A stretch of DNA of 64,000 bases. Source: the human T2T-CHM13v2.0 reference genome, Homo sapiens. The stretch lies in the NCBI RefSeq assembly GCF_009914755.1, contig NC_060939.1. One strand, given 5' to 3'. Shown piece by piece: positions 27,501 through 41,299 of this stretch. The notes under the pieces were generated by a model. It was not told the origin of the DNA and made no database searches. It saw nothing but the letters and a program-made list of their open reading frames with translations. Both the position numbers and the translations under genes were made by a program. Numbering within the stretch: the stretch's first letter is position 1; each line of letters starts with the position of its first letter.

Positions 27501-30500
27501 GTCATGGAGTGAAATGGGGAGGAATGGAACAGAATGGAATGGAACGGAATGGAAAGGAAAGGAACAGAGAGGAGAGGAATGGAGTGGAGTAGACTGGAAT
27601 GCAGTGGACTGCAGTGGAGTGCAGTGGAGTTTAGTGTAGTGGAGTGGAATGGAATGGAATGTAGTGGAGTGGAGTGGAGTGGAATGGAATGGAACGGATT
27701 GGAATGATGACAAGAAATGTGAGCTAAGTTTGTGTAACTGCACTCCATTTTGGGTGACAGAGTGAGATCCAGTCGAAATAAAGGAATGGAATGCAATGGA
27801 ATAAAATGTAATGGAATGGAGTGGAGTGGAATGGAATGGAGTGGGGTGGAGTGGAAAGGAGTGGAGTGGAATGTAGTGGAGTTGAATGGAATGGAATGGA
27901 GTGGAATGGAATGGAATGGAGTGGAATGGAATGGAATGCAATGGAATGGAATGGAGTGTAATGGAGTGGAGTGGAATGGAATGGAGTGCAGTGGAATGGA
28001 GTGAATTGGAATGGAGTGGAATGGGGTGGAATGTAATGTAATGTAATGGAGTGGAGTGGAATAGAATGGAAGAGAGTGGAATGGAAAAGCGTGGAGTGGA
28101 GTGGATTGGGGTGGAATGGAAAGGAGAGGAATGGAAGGGAATGGAATGGAATGGAATGGAGTGGAGTGGAGTGGAGTGGATTGGATTGGAGTTTAGTGGG
28201 GTGGAGTGGAGTTCAATGGAGTTGAATAGAATGGAGTGGCGTGGAATGGATTGGAATTGAACGGAATGGAGTGAAATGGAATGGAATGGAATGGAGAATA
28301 GTGGAGTGGAGTGGAGGGGAGTTGAGTGGAGTGGATAGGAGTGCAGTGGAATGGAATGGAATGGAACGGAATGGAATAGAATAGAATGGAAAGGAGTGGT
28401 GTGGCAATGAATCAAATGGAATGAAGTGGAGTGGAGTGGAGTGGAGTGGATCAGAGTGCAGTGGAATGGAATGGAATGGAATGAATTGGAGTGGAGTGGA
28501 ATGGTATGGAACGGAATGGAATGGAATAAAATTGAGTGGAGTGTAGTGGAGTGGAGTAGCGTGGAGTGGAATGGAGTAGAATGGAATGGAATTGAGTGGA
28601 GTGGAATGGAATTGAGTGGAATGGAGTGGAGTGGAGAGGATTGGAGCGGAATGAAATTGAATGGAGTAGAGTGGATTGGAATGGAATGCAATGGAATGGA
28701 ATGGAATGGAATGGATTGGAATGGAATGGAATGGATTGGAGCGGAATTGAGTGGAGTGGAGTGGAATGGATTGGAGTGGATTGGAATGGAGTGGTATGGA
28801 GTGGAATGGAATGGAGTAGAGGGTAGTGGAATTGAGTGGAGTGGATTGGAGTGGATTCGAGTGGACTGGAGTGGAATGCAGAGAAGTGGAATGAAGTGGA
28901 GTGGAATGGAGTGGAAGAGAGTGGAATGGAATGGAAAGGAATGGAATGAAATGGAATGGAACGGAATGGAATTGTGAAATGAAATGTGAGCTACGATTGT
29001 GCCACTGCACTCCAGTTTGAGTGACAGAGTGACAACCAGTGGAAATAAAGGAGTGGAATGGAATGGAGAAGAATGTAATGAAGTGGAGTGAAACGGAATG
29101 GAGTGATATGGAGTGGAGTGGAGTGGAATAGAGTGGAGTGGAATTTAGTGGAGTGGAATGGAGTGGAATGGAAAGGAAGGGAATGGAGTGGAATGGAACA
29201 GAAAAAAAGGCAATGGAATGGAACAGAATGGAACGGACTGGAGTGGACTGGAGGGGATCAGAGTGGAATGGAGTGCAGTGGAGTGGAGTTGAGTGGAGTC
29301 GATTGGAGTGAGTTGGAGTGGAGTGGAGTGCTATGGAGTTGAACGGAATCGAGTGGCATGGAATGGAATTGAATTGTACGGATTGGAATGGAATGGAACG
29401 GAATGGAATTGAACGGAATGGAACGGGGAGGAGTGGAGTGGAGTGGAGTTTAGCGGAGCTAATCGGAGTGCAGTGGAAAGGAAGAGAATGGAAATAAATT
29501 GAATGGAAAGGAGTGGGGTGGCATTGAATTGAATGCAATGCAGTGAAGTGGATGGGAATTCAGTGGAGTGCATCGGAGTTGCAGTGGAATGGAATGGAAT
29601 GGAATGGAGTGTAGTGTAGTGGAATGGAGTGGAGTGGAGTGGATTCCAGTGGAGTGGAGTGGAGTTTAGTGGAGTGGAGTGTAATGGAGTGGAATGGAAT
29701 GCAGTGGAATGGAATGAAATGGAATGGAACGGAAAGGAATGGAATGCAACGCAATGGGATGAAACAGAACAGAATGGAGTGGAGTGGAGTGGATTGGAGT
29801 GGAGTGGATTAGAGTGCAGTGGAGTGGCATGGAATGGAATGGAATTGAAAGGAATGGAATGGAATGGAGTGGAGTGCAATGAAATAGAATGTAGTGGAGT
29901 GGAGTGGAGTGGAGATGAATGAAGTGGAATTTAGTAAAATGGAATGGAATGGAATGGAATGGAGTGGAGTGCAATGAAATAGAATGTAGTGGAGTGGAGT
30001 GGAGTGGAGATGAATGAAGTGGAATTTAGTAAAATGGAATGGAGTGGAGTGGAGTGGAATGGAATGGAGTGGAATGGAACGCAATGGAAGAGAATGGAAA
30101 GGAATTGAATGGAACAAATTGGAGTACAAAAGAGTGGAGTGGAGTGGAATGGAATTGAGTGGAGTGGAGCGGAGTGGAGTGGAGGGGAGTGGAATGGAAC
30201 AGAGTGGAATGGAATAAAGTTGAGTGGAAGGGAATGGAATGGAATGGAATGGAATGGAATGGAAAGGAACAGAATGGAATGTAATGGCACGGAACTGAGT
30301 GGAGTGGAGTGGAGTTGAGTGGAGTGGAATGTAATTGAACCTAGTGGAATGCAATGGAATGGAGTGGAATGAAATGGAATGGTGTGGAATGGAATGCAAT
30401 GGAGTGGTGTGGAATGGAATGTAATTTAGTGCAATGGAATGGAAAGGAGTGGAATGAAATGGAATGGAACGGAATGGAACGGATTGGAGCGGAGTGGAGT

Positions 30501-33299
30501 GCAGTTGAGTGGAGTGGATTAGAGGACAGTGGAATGGAACAAAATGGAATGGAATGGAATGGAGTGCAATCAAATGGAATGGAATGCAGTGGAGTTGAAT
30601 GGCATGGAGTGGATTGGAAAAGAATGGAATGGAATGGAATGGAATGGAATGGAATGGAATTTAATGGAATGGAATGGAATGGAATGGAATGGAGTGAAGT
30701 GGAGTGGAGTGGAATGGAGTGGAATGCAGTGGAATGCAGTGGAGTGGAATGGAATGGAGTGGAACATAATGGAACGGAAGGGAACAGAACGGAGTGGAAC
30801 GGACGTGAATGGAGTGGAGTGGAGTTAATTGGAGTGGATCAGAGTGCAGTGGAATGGAATTGATTATAGTGGAATGGAGTGGAGTGGAATGGAATGGAGT
30901 GGAATGCAGTGGAGTGGCATGGAATGGAATTAATTGGAACAGAATGGAATGCAATGGAATGGAATGGAAGGGAACAGAGTGGAGTGGAGTGGAGTTGAGT
31001 GCAGTGGATCTGAGTGCAGAGGAATTAAATGGAATGGAGTGGAGTGGAAAGGAGTTGAGTGCAGTGGATCTGAGTGCAGTGGAATGAAATGGAATGGAAT
31101 GGAATGGAAAGGAGTGGAGAGGAATTGAATGGAAAGGAATGGAGTTGAGAGGAGTGGTGTGGAATGAAATGGATTGTAATGGAGTGAAATGGAGTGGAGT
31201 GGAATGGAGAGGAGAGGAATGGAATGGAGTGGAATGGAATGGAAATGAAGAGAATGGAACAGGAAGGAATGGAACAGAGTCAAGGGGAGTTGAGTGGAAT
31301 GGAAAGTAGTGGAGTGGAGTGCAGTGGAGTGGAGTAGAATGGAATGGAGTGGAATGGAATGCCATGTAGTGGAATAGAATGGAATGGAACGTAATGGAAC
31401 GGAATGGAACGGAACAGAATAGAACAGAATAGAATGGAGTGTTGTGGAGTCGAATGGAATGGAGTTGTGTGGAGTTAATCGGAGTGCAGTGGAATGGAAT
31501 GGCATGGAATTGAATGGCATGGAATGGAATGGAATGAAATGGAGTGGAGTGAAGTGGAGGGGAATAGAACGGAATGGTATGTAATGGAATGGAATGGAGT
31601 GGAATGGAGAGGAGAGGAATGGAATGCAGTGGAATGGAATGGAAAGGAAGAGAATGGAACAGGAAGGAATGGAACAGAGTTGAGGGGAGTCGAGTGGAAT
31701 GGAAAGCAGTGGAGTGCAGTGGAGTGGAGTAGAATGGAATGGAGTGGAATGGAAAGCCATGGAGTGGAATAGAATGGAATGGAACGGAATGGAATGGAAT
31801 GGGACGGAACAGAATGGAACAGAACAGAATGGAGTGTTGTGGAGTCGAATGGAATGGAGTTGTGTGGAGTTAATCGGAGTGCAGTGGAATGGAATGGCAT
31901 GGAATTGAATGGCATGAAATGGAATGGAATGAAATGGAGTGGAGTCAAGTGGAGGGGAATAGAACGGAATGGTATGGAATGGAATGGAATGGAATGGAAT
32001 GGAATGGAATGGAATGGAATGGAGTGGAGTGAAGTGGAAGGGAATAGAACAGAATGGTATGTAATGGAATGGAATGGAGTGGAGTGGAGTACAGTGGAAT
32101 GGAATGGATTGGAGTGGAATGGAATGGAATAGGGTGGAGTGGAGTGCAGTGGAATGGAATGGAATGGAGTGGAATAGAATGGAATGGAGTGGAGTGGAGG
32201 AGAATGGAGTAGAGTGGAGTGTAGTGGAATGGAATGGAATGGAATGGAGTGGAGTAGAGTGGAGTGGAGTGGAATGGAGTGGAATGGAGAGGAATGGAAT
32301 TTAGTGGAAATGAATGGAATAGAGTGGTATGGAACGGAGTGAAGTTCAGTGTAGGGGAGTGGAGTGAAGTCGAGTGGAATGGAGTCGAATGGAGTTTAGT
32401 GGAATGGAATGGAGTGGAATGGAGTGGAATGGAGTGGAGGGGAGTACAACGGAGTGGAGTGGATTTTAATGGAATGGAATTGTGTAGAATGGAGTGGAGT
32501 GGAATGGAATGGAGTTAAGATGAGTGGAGTGGAATGGAGTGTAATACAGTGCAGTGGAATGGAATGGAGTGAAACTTAATGGAACGGAAGGGAACAGAAC
32601 GGAGTGGAACGGACGTGAATGCAGTGGAGTGGAGTTGATTGGAGTGGATCAGAGTGCAGTGGAATGGAATTGACTGGAGTGGAATGGAGTGGAGTGGAGT
32701 GGAATGGAATGCAGTGGAATGCAGTAGAGTAGAATGGAATGGAATTAATTGGAATGCAATGGAATTGAATGGAATGGAATGGAATGGAATGGAACAGAGT
32801 GGAGTGGAGTGGAGTGGAGGGGGGTGGAGTTGAGTGCAGTGGATCTGAGTACAGTGGAATTGAATGGAATGGAACGGAAAGGAGTGGAGAGGAATTGAAT
32901 GGAAAGGAGTGCAGTTGAGTGCAGTGCTGTGGAGTGAAATGGATTGTAATGGAGTGAAATGGAGTGGAGTGGAATGGAGAGGAGAGGAATGGAATGGAGT
33001 GGAAAGGAATGGAAAGGAAGAGAATGGAACAGGACGGAATGGAACAGAGTTGAGGGAAGTCGAGTGGAATGGAAAGCAGGGGAGTGGAATGGAAAGCACT
33101 GGAGTGGATTGGAGTGGAGTAGAATGGAATGGAGTGGAATGGAAGGCAGTGGAGTGGAAAAGAATGGAATGGAACGGAATGGAATGGAATGGAACAGAAT
33201 AGAGTGGAATGGAACAGAATGGAGTGTTGTGGAATGGAATGTAATGGAGTTGTGTGGAGTTAATCAGAGTGCAGTGGAATGGAATGGAATGGAATGGCA

Positions 33300-36200
33300 T
33301 GGCATGGAATGGAATGGAATGTAGTGGAGTGAAGTGGAATGGAATGGAACAGAATGGTATATAATGGAATGGAATGGAGTGGAGTGGAGTGGAATGGAAT
33401 GGAATAGAGTGGAGAGGAGTGCAGTGGAATGGAATGGATCAGAGTGGAATGGAATGGAATGGAGTAGAGTGGAGTGGAGTAGAATGGATTAGAGTGGAGT
33501 GTAATGGAATGGAGTGGAATGGAACAGAGGGTAGTGGAATGAAATGGAATGGAGTGGAGTAGAGTGGAGTGGAGTGGAATAGAGTGGAATGGAGTGGAAT
33601 GGAGAGGAATGGAATGGAGTGGAAATGAACGGAATGGAGTGGTATGGAATGGAGTGGAGTTCAGTGGAGTGGGGTGGAGTGGAATGGAGTGGAATGGAGT
33701 GGAGTTCAGTGGAGTGGAGTGGAGAGGAGTGGAGTGGAATGGAGTGGAGTGGAATGGAATGGAGTGGAATGGAATGGAACGGAACGGAATGGAACGGAGC
33801 GGAGTGGGGTGGAGTGGAGTTGAGTGCAGTGGATCGAAGTGTAGTGGAATGGAATGCAATGAAGTGGAATGGAGTGGAGTGGAATGGAGTGGAGAGGAGT
33901 GGAATGGAATGGAGTTAAATGGAACCGAAAGGAATGGAATGGAATGGAACGGAACAAAACCGAGTGGAGTGGAGTGTAGTGGAGTCGGGTGCAGTGGATC
34001 GGAGTGCAGTGGAATGGAATGGAACGGAATGGAAGGGAATGGAGTGGAGTGGAATGGAATAGAATGGAGTGGAGTGGAGTGGAGTGATGTGGAGTTGAAT
34101 TCAGTGAAATGTAGTGAAATGGACTGGAGTTGAATGGAGTGGAGTAGAGTGGAATGGAATGGAGTGTAATGGAATGGAATGGAACAGAACGGAATGCAAT
34201 GGAATGGAATGGAATGGAACGGAACAGAACAGAACGGGGTGGAGTGGACTGGAATGGAGTTGAGTGCAGTTGATCGGAGTTCATTGAAATGGAATGGAAT
34301 GGAGTGGAGTGCAGTAGAATGGAATGGAACGTAATGGAATGGAATGCAGTGGAGTAGAGTGGAGTGTTGTGGAGTGGAGTGGAGTGAAATGGAATCAAAT
34401 GGCGTGGAATGGAATGAAATGGAGTGGAATTCAATGGAATGGATTGGAGGGGAATGGAATGGAATGCAAAGGAAAGGAATGGAATGGTTTGGAGTGGAAT
34501 GGAATGGAGGAGAGTGGAGTGAAATGGAGGTTAGTGGATTGGAATAGAATGGAGGGGAGTGGAATGGAGTGGAATGGAACGGATTGGAGTGGAGTGGAGT
34601 GGAGTGGAATGGAGTGGTGTTGAATGGAGTGGAGTGGAGTGGAATGGAGTGGAGTGGAGTGGAATGAAGTGGAATGGAAAGGAATGGAATGGAATGGAAT
34701 GGAATGGAATGGTGAAATGAAATGTGATCTAAGATAGTGCCACTGCACTCCAGTCTGTGTGATAGAGTGTGATCCAGTCGAAGTAAAGGAATGTAATGGA
34801 ATGGAGAGGAGTGGAATGGAATGGAGTGGAATGGAGTGGAGAGGATTGGAATGGAGTGGAGTGGAATGAAATGGTTTGGAATTGTGTGGAATGGAGTGGA
34901 ATGCAAGGGAATGTAATGGAGTGGAGTGAAATGGAATGGAGTGTAATGGAGTGGGGTGGAGTGGAATGGAATGGAATAGAGTGGAGTGGAGTGCAGTGGA
35001 ATGGAATGGATTGGAGTGGAATGGAGTGGAGTGGAGTAGAATAGATTAGCGTGGAGTGTAATGGAATGGAGTGGAATGGAATAGATGGGAATGGAATGAA
35101 AAGGAATGGAGTGGAGTAGAGTTGAGTGGAGTGTAATGGAGTGGGGTGGAGTGGAATGGAATGGAATAGAGTGGAGTGGAGTGCAGTGGAATGGAATGGA
35201 TTGGAGTGGAATGGAATGGAATGGAGAGGAGTGGAGTGGAGTAGAATAGATTAGAGTGGAGTGTAATGGAATGGAGTGGAATGGAATAGATGGGAGTGGA
35301 ATGAAAAGGAATGGAGTGGAGTAGAGTTGAGTGGAGTGGAATGGAGTGGAATGGAGAGGAATGGAATGGAGTGGAAATGAATGGAATGGAGTGGTATGGA
35401 ATGGAGTGGAGTTCAGTGGAGTGGAGTGGAATGGAGTGGAATGGAGTGGAGTGGAGTGGAATGGAGTGGAATGGAGTGGAATGGAATGGAATGGAATGGA
35501 ACGGAATGGAATGGAAGGGAGCGGAGTGGGGTGGAGTGAAGTTGAGTGGAGTGGATCGAAGAGTAGTGTAATGGAATGCAATGAAGTGGAATGGAGTGGA
35601 GCGTAATGGAGTGGAGTGGAGTGGACTGGAGTGGAGTGGAACGGAATGGAATTAAATGGAACTGAAAGAATGGAATGGAATGGAATGGAAAAAAACCGAG
35701 TGGAGTGGAGTGGAGTGAAGTGGAGTGGAGTGCAGTGGATTGGAATGCAGTGGAATGGAATGTAACGGAATGGAAGGGAATGGAATGGAATGGAGTGGAG
35801 TGTAATGGAATGGAATGGAGTGGAGTGGAGTGATGTGGAGTCGAATTGAGTGAAATGTAGTGAAATGGAGTGGAGTTGAATGGACTGCAGTGGAGTGGAT
35901 TGGAATGGAATGTAATGGAATGGAAAGGAACAGAGTGGAATGGAATGGAATGGAATGGAATGAAACAGAATGGAAAGGGGTGGAGTGGACTGGAATGGAG
36001 TTGAGTGCAGTGGATCGGAGTTCATTGAAATGGAATGGAATAGATTGGAGTGGAGTAGAATGGAATGAAACGTTATGGAATGGAATGCAGTGGAGTAGAG
36101 TGGAGTGTTGTGGAGTGGAGTGGAGTGAAATGGAATGAAATGGCGTGAAATGGAATGAAATGGAGTGGAATTGAATGGAATGGAGGAGAGTGGAATGGAA

Positions 36201-36900
36201 TGGAATGCAATGGAAAGGAATGGAATGGTTTGGAGTGGAACGGAATGGAGGGGAGTGGAGTGAAATGCAGTTTAGTGGATTGGAATGGAATGGAGTGGAG
36301 TGGAATGGAGTGGATTGGAGTGGAATGCAATAGATTGGAGTGGAATGGAGTGGAGTGGAATGGAGTGGAGTCGAATGGAGTGGAGCAGAGTGGAATGGAG
36401 TGGAGTGGAGTGTAATTAAGTGCAATGGAATGGAATGGAATGGAAAGGAATGGAATGGAATGGAATGGAAAGGAATGGAATGGAATGGAATGGAATGGAA
36501 TGGAATGGAATGGAATGGAATGGAATGGTGAAATGAAATGTGATCTAAGATAGTGCCACTGCACTCCTGTCTGAGTGATACAGTGTGATCCAGTCGAAGT
36601 AAATGAATGGAATAGAATGGAGAGGAGTGGAATGGAATGGAGTGGAATGGAGTGGAGAGGATTGGAATGGAGTGGAGTGGAATGAAATGGTTTGGAATTG
36701 TGTGGAATGGAGTGGAATGGAAGGGAATGTAATGGAGTGGAGTGAAATGTAATGGAGTGGAATGGAGTGGAGTGGAGTGGAATGGAATTAAAAGGAATGA
36801 AACGGAATGGAATGGAGTGGAATGGAAAGGAATGTGGTGGAATGGAATGGAGTGGAGTGGAATGGAATGAAGGGGAGTGGAGTGGAGTGGAATGGAGTGG
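33300..36900 (+). repeat. ~1.75-1.8-kb tandem duplication in HSat3
   Basis: Shared rare motifs: aaaccgag (~33957/~35693), gatcggagttcattgaaat (34272/36013), and Alu cassette variant gatctaagatagtgcc...gtgtgatccagtcgaagtaaa (34726/36542). Confidence 0.85.
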
Positions 36901-39900
36901 AATGGAGTGGAGTGGAATGGAATGAAATAGAACGGAACTGAACGGAATGGAACGGACCAGAATGGAATGGAGCAGAGTGGGGTGAAGTTGAGTTGAGTGG
37001 AGTGAATCATAGTGCACTGGAATTGAATGGATTGGAATGGAATGGAATGGAGTAGAATGGACTGGAGTGGAGTGAAGTTTAATGGAGTTGAGTAGAGTTG
37101 AGTGGAGTTGTGTGGAATGGAAGGGAATGGGATGGAATGGAATGCAATGGAATGGAATGGAATGGAAAGCAAAGGAGAGGAGTGAAGTGGAGTGGAGTTG
37201 AGTGCAGTGTATCGGAGTGCAGAGGAATGGAATGGAATGGAGTGGAGTGGAACGGATTAAAATGGAATGGAGTGGAGTACAGTGGAGTGGTGTGGAGTGG
37301 AATTGAGTGGAATGGAGTGAAATGGAGTGGAATGAAATGGAATAGAATGGAGTGGAGTGTAGTAGAATGGAGTGGAGTGGAATGGAATGGAGTGGAATAT
37401 AATGGACTGGAGTGGAATGCAATGGACTGGAGTTGAGTGGAGTGGAATGGAGTGGAATGGAGTGGAATGGAATGGATTGGAGTGGAAGGGAATGGATTGG
37501 AGTGGAATGGAATAGAATGGAAAGAAACAGAACAAAGGGGAATGGACTTGAATGGAGTGGACTGGAGTTGAGTTGAGTGCATTGGAGTGCAGTGGAATGG
37601 AATGGATTGGAGTTTAGTGGAGAGGAGTGGAGTGGAATGGAGTGAAATGGAGTGTAATGGAACGGAATGGAATGGAACAGAATGCAATAGAGAGGGGTGG
37701 TGTGGAGGGGAGTTGAATGGAGTGGAACGAAGAGCAGTGGAATGGAAAGGAATGGAATGGAACACAATGGAACAGAGTGGAAAAGAGTAGAGTGGAGTGC
37801 AGTGGATTTGTTTGGAGTGGATCGAAGTGCAAGGAATGGAATGCAATGTAATGGAATGGAGTGGAGTGGAATAGAGTGGAGTGGAATGGAGTGGAGTGGA
37901 ATGGAGAGGAGTGGAATGGAGAGCAATGGAGTGGAATGGAATGGAATGGAGTGGAATGGAATGGAATGGAGTGGAATGGAATGGAATGGAATGGAGTGGA
38001 ATGTAATGGAGTGGAATGGAGTGGAGTGGAGATGAGTGGAGTAGAATGGAGTGGAGTGGAACGGAGGGGTATGGAGAGCAATGGAATGGAATGTAATGGA
38101 GTGAAATGGAATGGAATGGAGTGGAATGAAATTGAGTGGAGCAGAGTGGAGTGGAGTGGAGTGAAGTGGATTGGAGTGGAGTGGAGTGGAATGGACTGTA
38201 ATGGAATGGAGAGGATTGGAATGAAATGGAATGGAATGGAATGGAATGTAACGGAATGGAAAGAAACAGAACGGAACTGAGTGGAGTGGACTGGAATGCA
38301 GTGGAGTTGAGTGGAGTGGTTCATAGTGGAGTGGAATGGAATGGAATGGAATGGATTGGAATGGAATGGAGTGGAGTGGAGTGGAATGGAATGGAATGGA
38401 ATGGAATGGAATGGAATGGAGTGTAGTGGAGTGGTGTGGAGTAGAGTGGAATGGAATGGAATAGAATGGAATGGAGTGTAGCGGAGTGGAATGGAGTGGG
38501 GTGGAGTGGAATGGTGTGGAGTGGAATGGAATGGAGTGTAGTGGAGTGATGTGGACTGCAATGGAATGAAGGGGATTGGAATGGAATGGAACGAAACGGA
38601 ATGGAATGGAAAGGAAAGAAACAGAACGGAACTGAGTGGAGTGGACAGGAATGAAGTGGAGTTAAGTGGAGTGGTTCAGAGTGGAGTGGAATGGAATGGA
38701 ATGGAATGTAAAGGAACGGAATGGAAAGAAACAGAACAGAACTAAGTGGAGTGGAGTGGAGTGGAATGCAGTGGAGTTGAGTGGAGTGGTTCAGAGTGGA
38801 GTGGAATGGAACGGAAAGGAATGGATTGCAATGGAATGGAGTAGAGTGGAATGGAATGGAGTGGAGTGGTGTGGGGTAGAGTGGAAAGGGATGGAATGGA
38901 ATGGAATGGAGTGTAGTGGAGTAGAATGGATTGGAGTGGAGTGGAGTGTAATGGTTTGGAGTGGAATGGAATGAAGTATAGTGGAGTGGAGTGGAGTGTA
39001 ATGGAGTGGAATGGATTGGAATGGAATGGAAAGGAATGGAGTGGACTGGAATGTAATGGAGTGGAATGGAATTGAATGGAGTGTACTGGAGTGGAGTCAA
39101 GTGGACTGTAATGGAATGGAAATGAGAGAAATGTAGTGGAGTGGTATGGATTGTAGTGGAATAGAAAGGAGTGGAATGGAATGGAACGGAACGGAACGCA
39201 ATGGAATTGAATGGAATGGAGTGGAGTGGAATGGATTAGAGTGCAGCTGAGTGGAGTGGATTGTAGTGCAGTGGAATGGAATGGAATGGAAAAGAGTGGT
39301 GTGGGATACAGTGGAGTGGAGTGGAGTAGAGTGGAGTGGAATGAATTGGAATGGAATAGAGTGGAGTGGAATGGAATGGAATGGAACGGTATGGAATGGA
39401 ATGGAACGCAAAGGTATGGAAAGAAATGGAACGGAGTGGAGTGGAGTGCAGTGGAGTTCAGTGTAGTGTATCGGAGTGCAGTGGAATGCAATGGAATGGA
39501 ATGGAATGGAATGGAATGGAATGGAATGGAAAGGAATGGAGTCTAGTGGAATGCAAAGGAATATAATGGATTAGTGTGGAGTGGAGTGGAGTGCAGTGGA
39601 ATGGAATGGAGTGGAATGGCATGGAGTGGATTGGAATGGAATGGAATGGAATGGAGTGGAGTGAAATGGAATGAAGTGGATTGGAGTGGAATGGACTGGA
39701 GAGGAATGGAAAGAAGTAGAATGGAATGGGGTGGAGGGAATGGAATGGGGTGGAGTGGAGATGAGTGGAGTGGAGTGGAATGGATTGGAGTGGAATGGAC
39801 TGGAGTGGGGTGGAATGGAGTGCAGTGGTGTGGATTGGATTAGAGAGGATTTTAATGGAGTGGAATGGAGAGAAATGCAGTGGAGTGGACTGGAATGGGC

Positions 39901-41299
39901 TGAAGTGCAATGGAATGGAATGGAAAGGAATGGAATTGAATGGAATGGAATGGAACGGAAAGGAACAGATTGGAGTGGAGTGGATCGGAGTGGTGTGGAA
40001 TTTAATGGAATGGAATGGAAAGGAATGGAATGGAGTGGAGTGGAAAGGAATGGAGTGGAGTGGAGTGGAATGGAATGGAATGGAGTGGAATGGAATAGAG
40101 TGGAGTGGAAGGGAATGGAGTGGAGTGGAATGGAATGGAATGGAAAGAAATGGCATGGAACAGAACGGAATGGAATGGAAAGGAATGGAATGGAGAGGAG
40201 TGGAGAGGTGTGGATTGGAGTTGAGTGGAGTGGAAAAGAGTGCACTGGAATGGAATGGAATAGAATGGAATTGAATGGAATGGAATGGAAAGGAGTCGAG
40301 TGGAATGGAGTGGAGTGGCATGGAGTGGAGGGAAGTAGAGTGTAGTGGAGTGTAGTGGAATGGAATGTAATTGAGTGGAGTGTAATGGAATAGAATGGTG
40401 AAATGAAATGTGTGCTAAGATTGCACCACTGCAATCCAGTCTAGGTGACAGAGTGAGATCCAGTCGAAATGATGGAATGGAAGGGAGTAGAAAGGAAAGG
40501 AATGGAGTGGAGTGGAATGGAATGGAGTGGAATGGAATGGAGTTTAGTGGAATGGAGTAGAGTGGAATGGAGTGGAGTGGAATGGAGTGGAGTGGAGTGG
40601 AATAAAATGAAATGGAATGGATTGGAATGGAAGGAATGGAGTGGAGTGGAGGGGCGTTAGTGAAACGGAGTGGAGTGGAATGGAGTGGAGTGGGGTGGAA
40701 TGGAGTGGAGTGGAATGGAATGGAGTGGAGCAGAGGGGAATGGAGTGGAATGGAATGGAATGGAATGGAGAGGAATGGAGAAGAATGGAGTGGAATGTAA
40801 TGGAGTGGAGTGGAGTGGATTGGAGTGGAGTGGAGTATATAGGAATGGAATGGAGTGAAATGGAGTGGAATGGACTGGAGTGGAGTGGAATGCAATTGAG
40901 TGGAATTGAAAGGAACGGAACAGCTGCAACAGAACTGAATGAAATGGAGTGAGTGGAGTGGAGTGGAGTTGAGTGCAGTTGATCGGAGTGCAGTTGCATG
41001 GAATGGAATGGAATGGATTGAAATTGGGTGGAGTAGAGTTTCGTGGACTGTAGTGGAATGGAGTGGAGTGGAGAGGACTGCAGTGGAGTTGAGTGGAATG
41101 GGGTGGAATTGAGTGAAGCGGAATGGAGTCGAGAGGAATGGAATGGAATGGAATGGAATGGAATGGAATGGAATGGAATGGAATGGAATGCAATGGAATG
41201 GAACGGAATGGAATGGAACAGAACGGAATGGAGTAGAGTGGAATGGAGTGGAGTTGAGTGTAGTGTAGTGGCGTGGAGTGGAATGGAATGGAATATAAT

